64,000 bases of DNA, from NCBI GenBank assembly GCA_951406725.2, contig OX597826.1, positions 20,770,001-20,834,000 of the forward strand, in the 5' to 3' direction. The stretch is from Octopus vulgaris (lineage: Eukaryota). Under the pieces are notes generated by a model. The model saw only the letters and a list, made by a program, of their open reading frames with translations, searched no databases and was not told the origin of the DNA. The position numbers were made by a program, and so were the translations under genes. This document shows positions 1-13,517 of this stretch, piece by piece; the first letter of the stretch is position 1; each line of letters opens with the position of its first letter.

Positions 1-59
1 TTAGGAATTGTATCAAAGAATTGTCTCAATATTTTGTGCATTGTAGAAGCGCGGCTGGT

Positions 60-175
60 TTGTTGCGCATGAATTTCAACCACAAAATGTTATATGAACC
101 CCGCTCGGGGCCGTATTGGTCTCCGGTTGTGAAGCACGAGCCTCAACTGGCCGGGCTCTGAACAACAACAACAAG
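60..175 (+). mobile_element. Possible 3' end of a non-LTR retroelement with (AAC)n tail
   Basis: GC-rich segment with a small hairpin (CCCCGCTCGGGG) ending abruptly in aacaacaacaacaa; family not recognised. Confidence 0.3.
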
Positions 176-482
176 TTACAAATGCATTGGCTTTGCATGA
201 AAACTACTTTCTTCCATGTTTTACATTTATTATGTCGACATTGTTATATCGTATTGTAAACTTGGGTTGAATTGTAATTATATACAAACAGATTGTATCT
301 AATGAAATATCATTTTACAAAGTGTAATTTCAAATAATTACTTGGCACAAACATATATTAACTTGACAAGAACACCTGGGTTTATATATGAAAGCAAAAC
401 GTCAACTAACCATTTTCTTAGAGATCACGCTGTGGGGTAGAGCGGGTTCACAGAGTTTCTTCCAGTTCAGCTGCTACCAATG

Positions 483-487
<5 letters not shown>

Positions 488-522
<35 letters not shown>

Positions 523-523
523 G

Positions 524-592
<69 letters not shown>

Positions 593-811
593 CTGTGTGT
601 ATACACTCACTTTTCTGCTCTCACATGACGGGGACAATGGACAATTGCCCTGTCACCTTGTCACATATACACCCGCCGTACCTTTACATATATATAACTT
701 TATCCAGTAACTTTTTTTTATTAACCGCTATTAACTTATTTTCATCTCTCCCTGTTTTTCATCCACCTCACTCTCCTCCCATATCTATCTATCTATCTAT
801 CTATCTATCTC

Positions 812-862
<51 letters not shown>

Positions 863-874
863 GTCTGTCTATCC

Positions 875-930
<56 letters not shown>

Positions 931-940
931 GTGTGTATCC

Positions 941-1025
<85 letters not shown>

Positions 1026-1050
1026 CCTATCTGTCTATCTGTCTGTGTCT
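488..1050. repeat. (TA)n tract (~488-588) and (TATC)n tract (~782-1050)
   Basis: Directly visible simple repeats; they produce the YIYI/LSIY pseudo-ORF 388-1086. Confidence 0.95.
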
Positions 1051-1140
1051 ATCAATCTACAAACACGCATGTACGTGTGGATATGAGTCTGTGTCCATGT
1101 GTATGTGTGTGTGTGCGTGTTTGTGCGTGTATAAGTATGT

Positions 1141-1193
<53 letters not shown>

Positions 1194-1297
1194 TTATGTA
1201 TGCATATACCTGTGTACGTGCGTGTGTGTATGCATCAACTATATATATATGAATCATTCTATCTATCCACCTCTCTCTATATATATATATAATTCTG

Positions 1298-1334
<37 letters not shown>

Positions 1335-1908
1335 TTTTTTTTTTTTAATCTTTTGCCTAATTTGCATTAGAATTGAGTGAAAGTTTTTTTTCCTTTCCGG
1401 TAACTCCGTTTGCTGCTATAGGAGGAGGTTGAATGACTGGCATCGCCCAGTGTGTCTGATTGACAACCAGAATAATAGTAGGTAGGTCACACATGTGTCA
1501 GCACAATTTCTAATCTCTCTCCTTTCATAACGGACAATCCTCCTACTACTACTCTTCGTACTCTTACTACTCACTTACTTACTCCTCACATGTTACTCTG
1601 TTGCACAACATTCGAAGATTACTGCAACAACAACAACAATAAACAATACAGCATGGACACGTGTCTTCATTGTCTGTCTCTCTCTCTCCCTCTTTTTCTC
1701 TTTCTCTATTTCTCATTCTCTTTCTCTCTCTCTATGTTCGGTAGTCTGTGTGCGTAACTATTTCTATTATCACACACACACGCACACACATAAAACGCAT
1801 ACACAAACACGCACGCACACACACACACATATATGTATATGTATGTATGCATGTGTATATGTATGGTTGTATGTATGTATATATGTGAATGAGTATAGGT
1901 GTGTAACT

Positions 1909-1928
1909 TTATATATATATATATATAA

Positions 1929-1959
<31 letters not shown>

Positions 1960-1966
1960 ATATATG

Positions 1967-2049
<83 letters not shown>

Positions 2050-2211
2050 ATATACATATATTATATATATATATATATAGATTATATGCATATATATATA
2101 CACATATATAAATATACACGCACATGCAAGCAGACATACACACACGTATATGTATGTATATAGCATCAATACTTTTCTCGTACATATGTATATATATATA
2201 CATATATATAA

Positions 2212-2274
<63 letters not shown>

Positions 2275-2277
2275 TAT
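1909..2277. repeat. Interrupted (TA)n microsatellite
   Basis: Directly visible. Confidence 0.95.
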
Positions 2278-2577
2278 GAAGTTGAACATACTTTTGCATG
2301 TATGTGTCTATATGTACGGTATATATCAATCTTTTATATATTTAATTCTATATACACGCATAATTCTATATACACGCGGCCATACGTAGAGACAGACTCT
2401 CACACAAATATATATATGTGCATTTTAGATATTTTGTAAAGGTGCATACCTATGTGATGTACAGAAATATATATATGTCTATATATGTCTATATTCGGAG
2501 GTTGTAGATATATAACTTTGACATACATAAATATTGTAATTGAAATAGGTGTTAGCATGTATGTATATGTGATTATA

Positions 2578-2649
<72 letters not shown>

Positions 2650-3784
2650 TGTTTGTGCGTATGCGTGTATGTGCGCGCGGGAGAAGATGTACGGTGTCTT
2701 TTGACTAGCTATCCTTAGTGTGAAAAGTAAGCAAATTGTTTAAAGCAAAGGCTTTATGTTTCTGTGGACAGAAAAAGGGAAGAGTCAAACGAGTTTCTTG
2801 ATTTATGAAAGCTTCGTCAGAGAAAAATTAGCCATCTTCCGTCCATTGAGATCATTCTTAAGCTGTAACAATTTAAAGAATCTAGAAACTTGAAGAGGAC
2901 TAAATTAGCCCACCTGGTTTGCACAACAGTGCGTGCGCAGAAGATCTTGTTGTAGATTGCGCTATTCATTGTGATGTGTGTGTGTGTGTGTGTGTTATAT
3001 ATGTATATTACGTAAGTCCGAAGTTCCTGAAACAGCTGTCGTTTTAAAAAATTACGTATTCTCTTCTTAGTTTTCTGTAATTTTTGTGCTCTGTGTAAAT
3101 ATATTTGTACACACACACATATGTATGTATATATGCATGCATATATGTGTTAATCGTTTTTGAATATATTCAGATATATGTGTCTATGTGTAACTATATA
3201 CCTGTCTATCTGTCTGTCTGTATATCCGTCTGTCTGTCTATGTGTATGTACGTTTGTCTGCGTGAAGCTTAACTATGTTTATCGGTATCACTGACACACA
3301 CACACATGCACACGCACACATCCACACACGCATATTTGTGTCATCCTTAAATGATGACCTATTCTTGTACCTTACACCTCTCCGTGTTCGATAAGGAATT
3401 GGCTCTGCTTCCCTCTAATATCATTTCCTGTTATACCTGGAGCTGCCCCGAACCACCCATCCCCCGACTTGTTCTCCCCGACTTATGGGCATTCTTTCTT
3501 TTCATTTTTATGTTTCACATTGTTATTGTTTTTTATTGTTATCTATTCGTAAAGTGTTGTTGTTCTTCTCCTTATTGCTGCTCTCACCTTTATATTTTAC
3601 TAAACACTGTCTTCTCTTCCTCCCTTTTCCCCCCTCTATCTCTCTCTCTCCCTCTCTCACTGTATGTACCTGTGTTCCTTATTGATACTGTCTCCAGTTT
3701 CTTGTGTCTTTTGGAGCAATAAAGGACAGTATGTGATAATGTACGGTACCAGTAACATTAGAATGGGTGTTACATAAAGATTAA

Positions 3785-3837
3785 ATAATAATAACAACAA
3801 CAACAACAATAATAGTAGTAGTAGTAGTAGTAGTAGT

Positions 3838-3875
<38 letters not shown>

Positions 3876-3880
3876 TAGTA

Positions 3881-3929
<49 letters not shown>

Positions 3930-3987
3930 TGATGATAATAATAATGATAATGATAATGATAACAATAATAATAATAATAATAATAAC

Positions 3988-4040
<53 letters not shown>

Positions 4041-4048
4041 TAATAATG

Positions 4049-4109
<61 letters not shown>

Positions 4110-4167
4110 TGATGATAATAATAATGATAATGATAATGATAACAATAATAATAATAATAATAATAAC

Positions 4168-4202
<35 letters not shown>

Positions 4203-4254
4203 TGATGATAATAATAATGATAATGATAACAATAATAATAATAATAATAATAAC

Positions 4255-4301
<47 letters not shown>

Positions 4302-4309
4302 TAATAATG

Positions 4310-4364
<55 letters not shown>

Positions 4365-4405
4365 TGATAATAATAATGATAATGATAATGATAACAATAA
4401 TAATA

Positions 4406-4460
<55 letters not shown>

Positions 4461-4480
4461 TGATGATAATAATAATAATG
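3785..4480. repeat. Compound trinucleotide array (AAC)/(AGT)/(AGC)/(AAT,GAT) with higher-order duplication
   Basis: About 700 bp in one trinucleotide phase; 3901-4020 is identical to 4081-4200. Confidence 0.95.
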
Positions 4481-5524
4481 TGGTCTATAGATCAGTAAGT
4501 GCAAAAAGATGAGGACAAAGATGTGAGATGAAGCTGCGACCAGTGACAGTGTTGTATTTAGCGCGAAACTGTTAAGATCACGTGGTCGAGGAAGATCTCT
4601 GAAGCATAAAGTACACAGTCAGCCATGTGGAAATATGGCGATCGCATGTAGCACAGACTCACGTACTTGCTCTATCACATGTTGGTCCCATGTGCTATTG
4701 GCTGGACTGCTGTACCAGGCCAACTTCTCACGACCTCTGAGGGCCTCTTGGCAGGAATGCCAGATCAAGAATTAGGGACAGGTCAGCCCTGATCGAGCAA
4801 AACCTCGATAAAAGATGATTCAGCCGTGACTGATTCAACCCATGGTAAATTTTGTCAAAAACAATGCCCAGGGATGGCAACAAGTGGGATATCTTTTATC
4901 AATAATGTACTTTTTCAGGGTCCACCTGCAGATAAACAACTGCAACAAATTATGTCTCTCACCAAATAAACCCCAGCAACTTTGGCTGGTAATTAGTTGG
5001 GTTCGTCATCGTCCAGTTGCCCCCTCACAAAATATCTGTCTGTCACAACCGCTTCTATCACCCAGTGTCTATGAAACTGGAAGTGCTGCTTGGTTGCATA
5101 TCCATAGCACTTGATTCCCGCTCTACATGAAAATTCACCCTAAACCTGACCTCTCTGATCCACAACGGCTGCTATTTCATGTTCACTGTGACGCTGTTGC
5201 GTTTCTTACCGCTATATTCCCCATAACTGACGTTGACTCTTTAATGTCAAGAGGTTCTTATGGTCGTCACACCGACACCAAAGCAATTCACATCAAAATC
5301 ACCATCAACGGCAATGTCTGAAGTGTTTCATACCCGGCCGTGTACGTCTATACAAAACTCTTTCACTTTTAGTTCCCCACAATTTGTGTCTCCAGCAACG
5401 ATTACTTTCTACTCAATACTCTGACATTAACGAATAACTCCCTTCCCGTAAGTTTCGTTGTTGGTAGATTGTAGTCTGCCAATCTCTCTCTCTCTCTCTC
5501 TTTCTCTGTGTGTATATATATATA

Positions 5525-6421
<897 letters not shown>

Positions 6422-6515
6422 TTATAACAAAAGCACACACCTTGTGGTTTTCATAAAATCTTCACGCTCTTTACTGATTGAGTGCTCTACTACTTATTGA
6501 CACCTTACCACATGG

Positions 6516-6563
<48 letters not shown>

Positions 6564-6916
6564 TGTGTGTGCGTGTGTGTGTGTGTGTTATCAGTTCTAT
6601 CTAACTCAATATTTAATGTTTTCTCACATAACTCTAGTTTTGATATTTTTTTCTTTTTCCTTTTCATGGCCACCTTTTAATTCCTCCTCACCTGACGCCA
6701 AGTTCTTCCCTTCATGCCAAATGCGGTGGCTTCTCTCATTTACCTTTTAATCGACCTCGTTAATTCTTTCTTGTTTCTTTACTCCTCATATTACCTGATA
6801 ATTTATCACGCACACACACGCACATACACACGCACGCACACGCACATACACACACACCACAAGCTACACTTGCAGAAATTCTCACTCTCTCCTCTCTCTC
6901 TTTCTCTCTCTCTCTT

Positions 6917-6966
<50 letters not shown>

Positions 6967-7013
6967 TCTTCAAAATCTCTCCAGTTCCTGACTCTTTCAA
7001 CATGTTTAATTAC

Positions 7014-7094
7014 CAGCAATTTCCATTATGAGCACCATAAACTCCATAAATTCTGCGGTTAAGGAATCCGAACCAAAGTCATTTCCTGTAAGAC
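7014..7094 (-). CDS. Weak candidate 81-bp internal exon, (G)LTGNDFGSDSLTAEFMEFMVLIMEIA; product unknown
   Basis: Minus-strand tttattccag acceptor and G|gtaatt donor; 81 nt, phase 1-1, one open frame, in non-repetitive sequence. No homology recognised. Confidence 0.15.
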
Positions 7095-8234
7095 CTGGAA
7101 TAAATTTCAATCCACAATCATCATCGAATCTGTTCTCGTTGTGTTGCGAAGTATCAGTTGGCCGACATAACCACACGTTTAACTCGTAAAAATATGTCAG
7201 TAAAGTTAATCCTTACCCGTGTTATTCTATGGAATTGATTCTTAATCCCATTAAATATATTTTTATCTTTAATCCTGTCAATAAATTTGATCTCTCTTTC
7301 ATCGCTTCTAAATCCATTTTGTTGTTCCGAATTCATTTCAACTGTTTTTCTTTCTTTTCTTTCTCTCTAGTTTCCTCATTACATAGGGAACGTTAATCGC
7401 GTTCAGGGACGACACCATAAACAATAAACAAACAACTGCATTAATATAAATAAATAAATAATGGTTGTAGTTCTAAGCTTTGTTTTCTATATTGGTCGTT
7501 AAACTCTTATTTCTAAAATATGATAAAAAATTCTAGTGAAATAATCGATAACTAAAGCTATATCACCCGTAAAATCAAAAGTATTCGAACGAAAATAAAG
7601 AATAATTTCAAATAATTCACACTGCAACGCACATTTTCCTCCTCTTCCTCCTCCTCATTATCATCGTCGTCATCATCTTCATCATCGTCTTCCTTCTTCT
7701 TCGTCGTTGGCGTTACCACCTCCACCACCACCACTGCAATAAAACGTGATGTCATTTATCACCGATGATTTCTTCCAAACTTATATTATTAATAAAGGTT
7801 TCTTATCGGAATTAATGGTGCACATGAATGCAAAAACTTACCATTCTTCATAGAATATACCATTTTAGAATACTTACCATTTTTTAAGGACTTTTATTTT
7901 ACTATAAGCCAAACAATTCTACCTTATTTTAAATCAACACCATTCTCAATATCATTATTTGCCATGGTTGTTGACTGGAAGCTAAGAAAGCAAAGTTGAT
8001 CTCGGCAGGAGTTGAACCCAAAACGTAGACTTCAGTAACTAAATAACACTAACCAATGTTTTGTCAAATATTTAACGGTTTTGCTAATCTCTTAACCTTT
8101 TTTTAGAATTAGATTAATAGGGAATCTTAGGAAACCTGGGGATACTCGACACATTTCTAAAGACAATCAATTATATTGAAGATCAAACCGAAATTTCCAA
8201 AGACTAAAAGAGCATCTAGCAACATCATGTTTTG

Positions 8235-8544
8235 TCCAGTTGGGTAAATAGAGGTTTTTTCATTGAAACCACTGTCGTAGCCGATGGGAATGCATCGCAG
8301 CTCTTCGCTCTGGCGTTTGAAACTCTGAGTACTATTATGACAACCGCGTGTGTACCGTTGGCGATTTTTTTCCTCCGTCTTCCCTTCTTTGGATCTTTCC
8401 TTTTCCTATGTTTCTGACGAAGAGCTCCGCTCGAAACGTTAAACCCTCTTTCCTTCTTTCCTGAGCGTCCAATAATACTATATTTGTTCCACGTCCTCGC
8501 GTTGTTGTGTTTTCTCTTTGTGTTTTCATGGTTGGATTAACTAC

Positions 8545-8545
<1 letters not shown>
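8235..8545 (+). mobile_element. Penelope-like (PLE) terminal-repeat fragment carrying a hammerhead motif
   Basis: Pyrimidine-rich segment around a minimal type-I hammerhead, ending ...ttaact before a (TA)n tract; this architecture is typical of PLE pseudo-LTRs. Confidence 0.55.
8410..8444 (+). ncRNA. Minimal type-I hammerhead ribozyme motif, apparently intact
   Basis: GTTT-CTGACGA-A-GAGC(TCC)GCTC-GAAA-CG-TT-AAAC: stem I GTTT/AAAC, conserved core, 4-bp stem II, palindromic ACGT stem III, GUU cleavage triplet. Confidence 0.7.
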
Positions 8546-8582
<37 letters not shown>

Positions 8583-8735
8583 GAGTATGTGTGTGTATAT
8601 ATATTACACATATATGAATATATGGATATACATTTGAGTGTGTATGTTTATGTATATTATATTTTTGTAAATACATATGTATACATATATATTTACACAT
8701 ATAGACATATATATATGTATATATATTTGTATATA

Positions 8736-8813
<78 letters not shown>

Positions 8814-9332
8814 TACATACATATATCATATATATGCGCGCACATGTGTGTGTATGCGCTAGTGTGTATACATCTGCGTGTGTGTGTGTTTGTGCATATG
8901 TGGGTAGTAATATTCCGTGTAAGTGTTGAAGTGGAAGTCGTGTGTATGGTTCTCAAATTGTATTTGTACATCGAGGAGTTAAAAAATAAAATAAAATAAA
9001 ATCTATGGAAACCTAAACAAATTAAGATATTAAAAACCAAAAGTGATTAACCCTCACCCGAAGCCCTCAATAAGTTCAAAAAACGACATTTTACGTGAAT
9101 CTGATAACTATTTCATAACCAGGTGACAACCAGCTCACATCCGACAACAAGTCTGCTCTATTTGTCGACAATATGTCGCTCGTTCCGTATTTCTATCGCC
9201 AACAGAAACCGTTCAGTTATTTAAGAGATTTCAACTCACAAATCTGATGGCGGTTCCATTGTTTTAACAGGGATTCTCCTTATTCCGTTCGCTACGGCTG
9301 TTGTAGTTGTTGTTGTTGTTATTGCTGTTGCT

Positions 9333-9427
9333 CTTCTTCTTCTTCTTCTTCTTCTTCTTCTTCTTCTTCTTCTTCTTCTTCTTCTTCTTCTTCTTCTTCT
9401 TCTTCTTCTTCTTCTTCTTCTTCTTCT
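9333..9427. repeat. (CTT)n microsatellite
   Basis: Directly visible. Confidence 0.95.
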
Positions 9428-9807
9428 CCACTACTTCCTCCATTCCACCACCACCACCACGACCCCCAAAAGCCGTGTCACCGTATTTATGTCTTTTAAA
9501 TATTTCATCCTCTTTAACAAATTCCTCTCAAATCTCTCGGCCGGATGTCAAACGCTTCAAATCGACGCGCGAGCAAATATTAAGTCTTTTGCTTCACATA
9601 TATTCCTAGACACACACACACATACACACACACATACATATGCGCACATATACATCACCATACACACACACACACACACACACATACACACACATATATG
9701 TATACTCACATGTTTACATGCATACATATATGTGTGTGTCTATACATATATATATATACTTAAATATATATACATATATATATAGACATATATACAAATA
9801 TATATAT

Positions 9808-9883
<76 letters not shown>

Positions 9884-10009
9884 GCTCGCGCGCGCATAGG
9901 ATTTCGCTCTGTAAAGACGTACTTAGTTATTCGACCAGCGGGGAAATTGGCTGAAAATTCCAAAGACTGTCAAGCAGAAACGACAACAACTAAAACAATG
10001 AGACAAGTG

Positions 10010-10612
10010 AGACCTTTGAAGTTCGGGCTTCTACACAGTTTCCATCACGTGGTTTAACTTTTTCTGGGGGTGAAGGAACCTGCCCGACGTGTCATGAGGG
10101 GGGATCGAACTGGAATTTCGTTGTTGAGAAGAAAATTAATTAAGCGGTCAGAGATACCAGTCGACACACACATATATGTATACACACGCACTCGCAGCTA
10201 TACACACACATACACACACATATCTATAGGTATATATATATATAGCATAAGTACCAGCTTTTAAAAACAATAAGTCCTGGAGACGATTCATTCGATTAAA
10301 AATTCTTCGAGGCGGTGCCCCAGCATGGCCGCAATCTTAAGTAGTCGTTGAGACTGTTGGAAAGAGCAGTTAAATCTCACTCAAATCCCTCGTTATTGTC
10401 TCACAAAAGTAAAAAGACATTGCGAAATGTTATTAGTATTCTTTCTAGAACTTAGTTAAGGTGGGCATGGTTGGATCATTTCTGGAATGTGTTCGACCAA
10501 GCGCTGACCCGCAGCTAAACAACTACATCTACAATATCAGCATTAGATATATGCTTTCTTTTATTCGTTTATATGTTTCAGCCCTAAGGCTATGGCCATG
10601 CTGGGGCAGCGC
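10010..10612. mobile_element. Cluster of degenerate SINE fragments (family B pieces on both strands plus an old family-E copy at ~10345-10530)
   Basis: Contains aataagtcctgg...ggcggtgccccagcatggccgca and its reverse complement, which match the 3' part of family B copies (45225-45750, 30548-30738). Confidence 0.55.
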
Positions 10613-10885
10613 ATATATATATTCATATATATAAAATGAAATCTCTTAATCCAGAAGTCACAAGAGATTATGCTTTTGTTTATTTGTTTCCTTCTGGGAA
10701 CAGCGACAGACTTCTTTTAAGAAGATAAACCTGAAGAGAATGGTGTACATTATTCCTCTTGTTTGCTGTCAATCAATTCTTAGAATATACTCTATTGAAG
10801 TGACTCACGGTTCAAACAGGAACTACTGTAGATTTTGTGGTTGTTTTTTGAGTGGACGATGTCAAGATTGTGTTAAGATCATGTC

Positions 10886-10942
<57 letters not shown>

Positions 10943-11012
10943 TAATAATAATAATGATGATGATGATGATCATGATGACCATGGTGGTGGTGGGAGTGAT
11001 GATAATCATCCT

Positions 11013-11325
11013 TTAAAATTTGAAATTGCAAGAATTTAGAATATGAAAACTGTAAAGGTTGGGCCTATAATAATTGGTGCATTGGGAACTGTAAGCAAAG
11101 ATATGGAGAAATGGTTGAAAGATATTGGAATATAATGTCCTGTAGAGTTTCTGCAGAAGGTTTGCCTCTTAAGGACATGAAAAATTATCAGGAGGGTTCT
11201 AAGCACTCGAAAGACTATTGAAAAATTGTGTATACCTAGGGTTACAGGTAGTAACCCGCTACCCACCCAAACCTTGCCAGGAATAAGTCAAATCAATAAT
11301 AACAATGATAATAATAATGATGATG
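11013..11325 (+). mobile_element. 5'-truncated R4/Dong-like non-LTR retrotransposon 3' end (restriction-like endonuclease C-terminus, pseudogenised)
   Basis: Translates LKFEIARI*NMKTVKVGPIIIGALGTVSKDMEKWLKDIGI*CPVEFLQKVCLLRT*KIIRRVLST. PIIIGALG and LQKxxLLGTxxIxRxVL are REL-endonuclease motifs of the R4 clade. Short 3'UTR, (AAT)n tail, and an upstream (AAT)n tract. Confidence 0.8.
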
Positions 11326-11840
11326 ATTTCCTTTATTAGCCACAAGGGTATAGGTGAGGGTTACATCACAAAGACAGTCTACAATTTGTGTTGTGGTTTA
11401 CATAAAAGATGCGGGGTAAGAAATCGGTTAAATGAGATGGAAGTAAACATAGAAAGATGCCGTCCTCCTGATACAGGAGAAACCCCAACTAGGGCCAAAC
11501 AAGGAACGCCACAAACCCAGGATTACACTGACCACCAAAGGCACGAACCCACTCCCAAATGTTGCCCTCCAATCTATAGGTGCATGTTTAGAGTAAGTCC
11601 ATTTACTTCAACTGTTTTTGCCGTAGTTATCCACTTTTTCGCAAAGTCACTGGGAGAAAACATTTCCATCTCCATCCTCACTTTCTTTTCCAAGTAGAAC
11701 TTAAGAAAGTTAATGAGATCTTAACCGAAGAAGAAGAAGCTGTCTTTCTTCAGTCCTTTCAGCCTCGTCTACCACATAACCTCTTTTGTCCCTTGGGCGA
11801 AGGACACCGCCTGCCCTGTCTTGTGCGTGTTCCTCAGTAG
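11326..11840 (-). mobile_element. 5'-truncated L1/Tx1-like LINE 3' end (degenerate ORF2 C-terminus plus 3'UTR)
   Basis: Minus strand translates TKEVMW*TRLKGLKKDSFFFFG*DLINFLKFYLEKKVRMEMEMFSPSDFAKKWITTAKTVEVNGLTLNMHL* (stop at 11574-11576), matching the Tx1-type KxxIWxxR...RxE...FxxxW tail; ends cccttgtggctAATAAAggaaat. Confidence 0.6.
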
Positions 11841-12322
11841 CTCTCTCGATCCGAGATAAAATCAAAGTCGATCTCAGCAGAATTTGAGTTCAGGGCGTGA
11901 ACTGAATCATAATGTGTTATATACGTCGGCGAAACTTCGAAGTCACTGGCAACAAAATGATTAAGATTCTATACTCCGTTATTGAGTTCGTTTTGCAGTT
12001 GATGTTTATTGTCTTTATGAAAATATTCTTTTCAAAGACATACATACACACATGCACACCTATACATCCTTAACTAAATGTATATACATACCATAGATAA
12101 GTTTGTGTGTCTTTGCATGCTTCTGTATATACGCTTGTGTATGTATGTATGTATGTATGTTTGCATGCATGTACGCATGTATGTGTATGTGCATATATAT
12201 GTATGTGTGTATATGTGTATAGAGAGAGAACGAGAGAGAGAGGAGAGAGATAGAGAAAGAGAAAAAGAGAGAGAGGGAAAGATAGAGTAGAAATGGGGGG
12301 GTTCTATGTAACAATGTTCATA

Positions 12323-12502
<180 letters not shown>

Positions 12503-13030
12503 TGAAATATCTGTTGTTTGATATGCAGATATGAATAAATATTCAGTTAGTCTCTTTCTCTGTTTGTTCCTCTCACTCTCTCTCTCTCTATGTATATATA
12601 CATAGACGATAGAAGTAGACTAAGATGAAAGGCCTCCCCTCCAGGGACATAATAAAACTCCGCCAATATATTTTCCTTACAACAAACAATACAATATTAT
12701 GCTTTGTTTGTTTTCCACAAATTCCTGAAGTGTTAATAATTTTCTTAAATTTTATTGTTGCACAAATTTGGACTTTATTATACTCACTACCATTGCTCTA
12801 CATATATTACATTATATTATATTATATTATATTATATTATTTTATATTATATTATATGTATATTATATTATATGTATATTACATTTATATATGCTATTTC
12901 ATTATCTAAGCAACTATTGTCTATACACTATATACATACCTTACTGTGTATATGATGCATTGTGTTATATCATTGTGGTCCTGATACTGTAGTATGCACG
13001 CCAATAACCTCTATGCTCTATTATCTTTTG

Positions 13031-13517
13031 TTGTGACCCCCTTCGGTCACGACACTGACCATGGGATTGCACCTAGAAAGTTACCCTCCGAGGCACAGGT
13101 CTGGGCAAGGTTGTTTATGGAAGACCAGCAGTCGCCCATGCATACCGGCCTCCCCTCTTCACCCCACCAGTATTATCCAAGGGAAAGGCAAAGGGTCCGA
13201 TACAGCTTGGCACCAGTGACGTCGCAGCTCATTTATTAACGTGCAAGTGGCTGAGCACTCCACAGACACGTGTACCTGTAACGTAGTTCTCGGAGAGATT
13301 CAGCGTGACACAGAGTGTGACAAAGCTGGCCCTTTGAAATACAGGTACAACAGAAACAGGAAGAAAGAGTGAAATTTGTGGTGAAAGAGTACAGCAGGGT
13401 TCACCACTTTAGGTGTTTTCGCTTAATAAACAATCACAATGCCAGGTCTAGGAATCGAAACCGCGATCATACGACCGCGAGTTCGCTGTTCTAACCACTG
13501 GGCCATTGCGCCTCCAC
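13031..13517 (-). mobile_element. Chimeric tRNA-derived SINE: family C head and body (13235-13517) joined to a different 3' module (13031-13234)
   Basis: Head GGAGGCGCAATGGCCCAGTGG...GGTTTCGATTCC has pol III A/B boxes. Body 13235-13350 matches 57840-57955; similarity stops at 13235 and an unrelated module follows. Confidence 0.7.
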
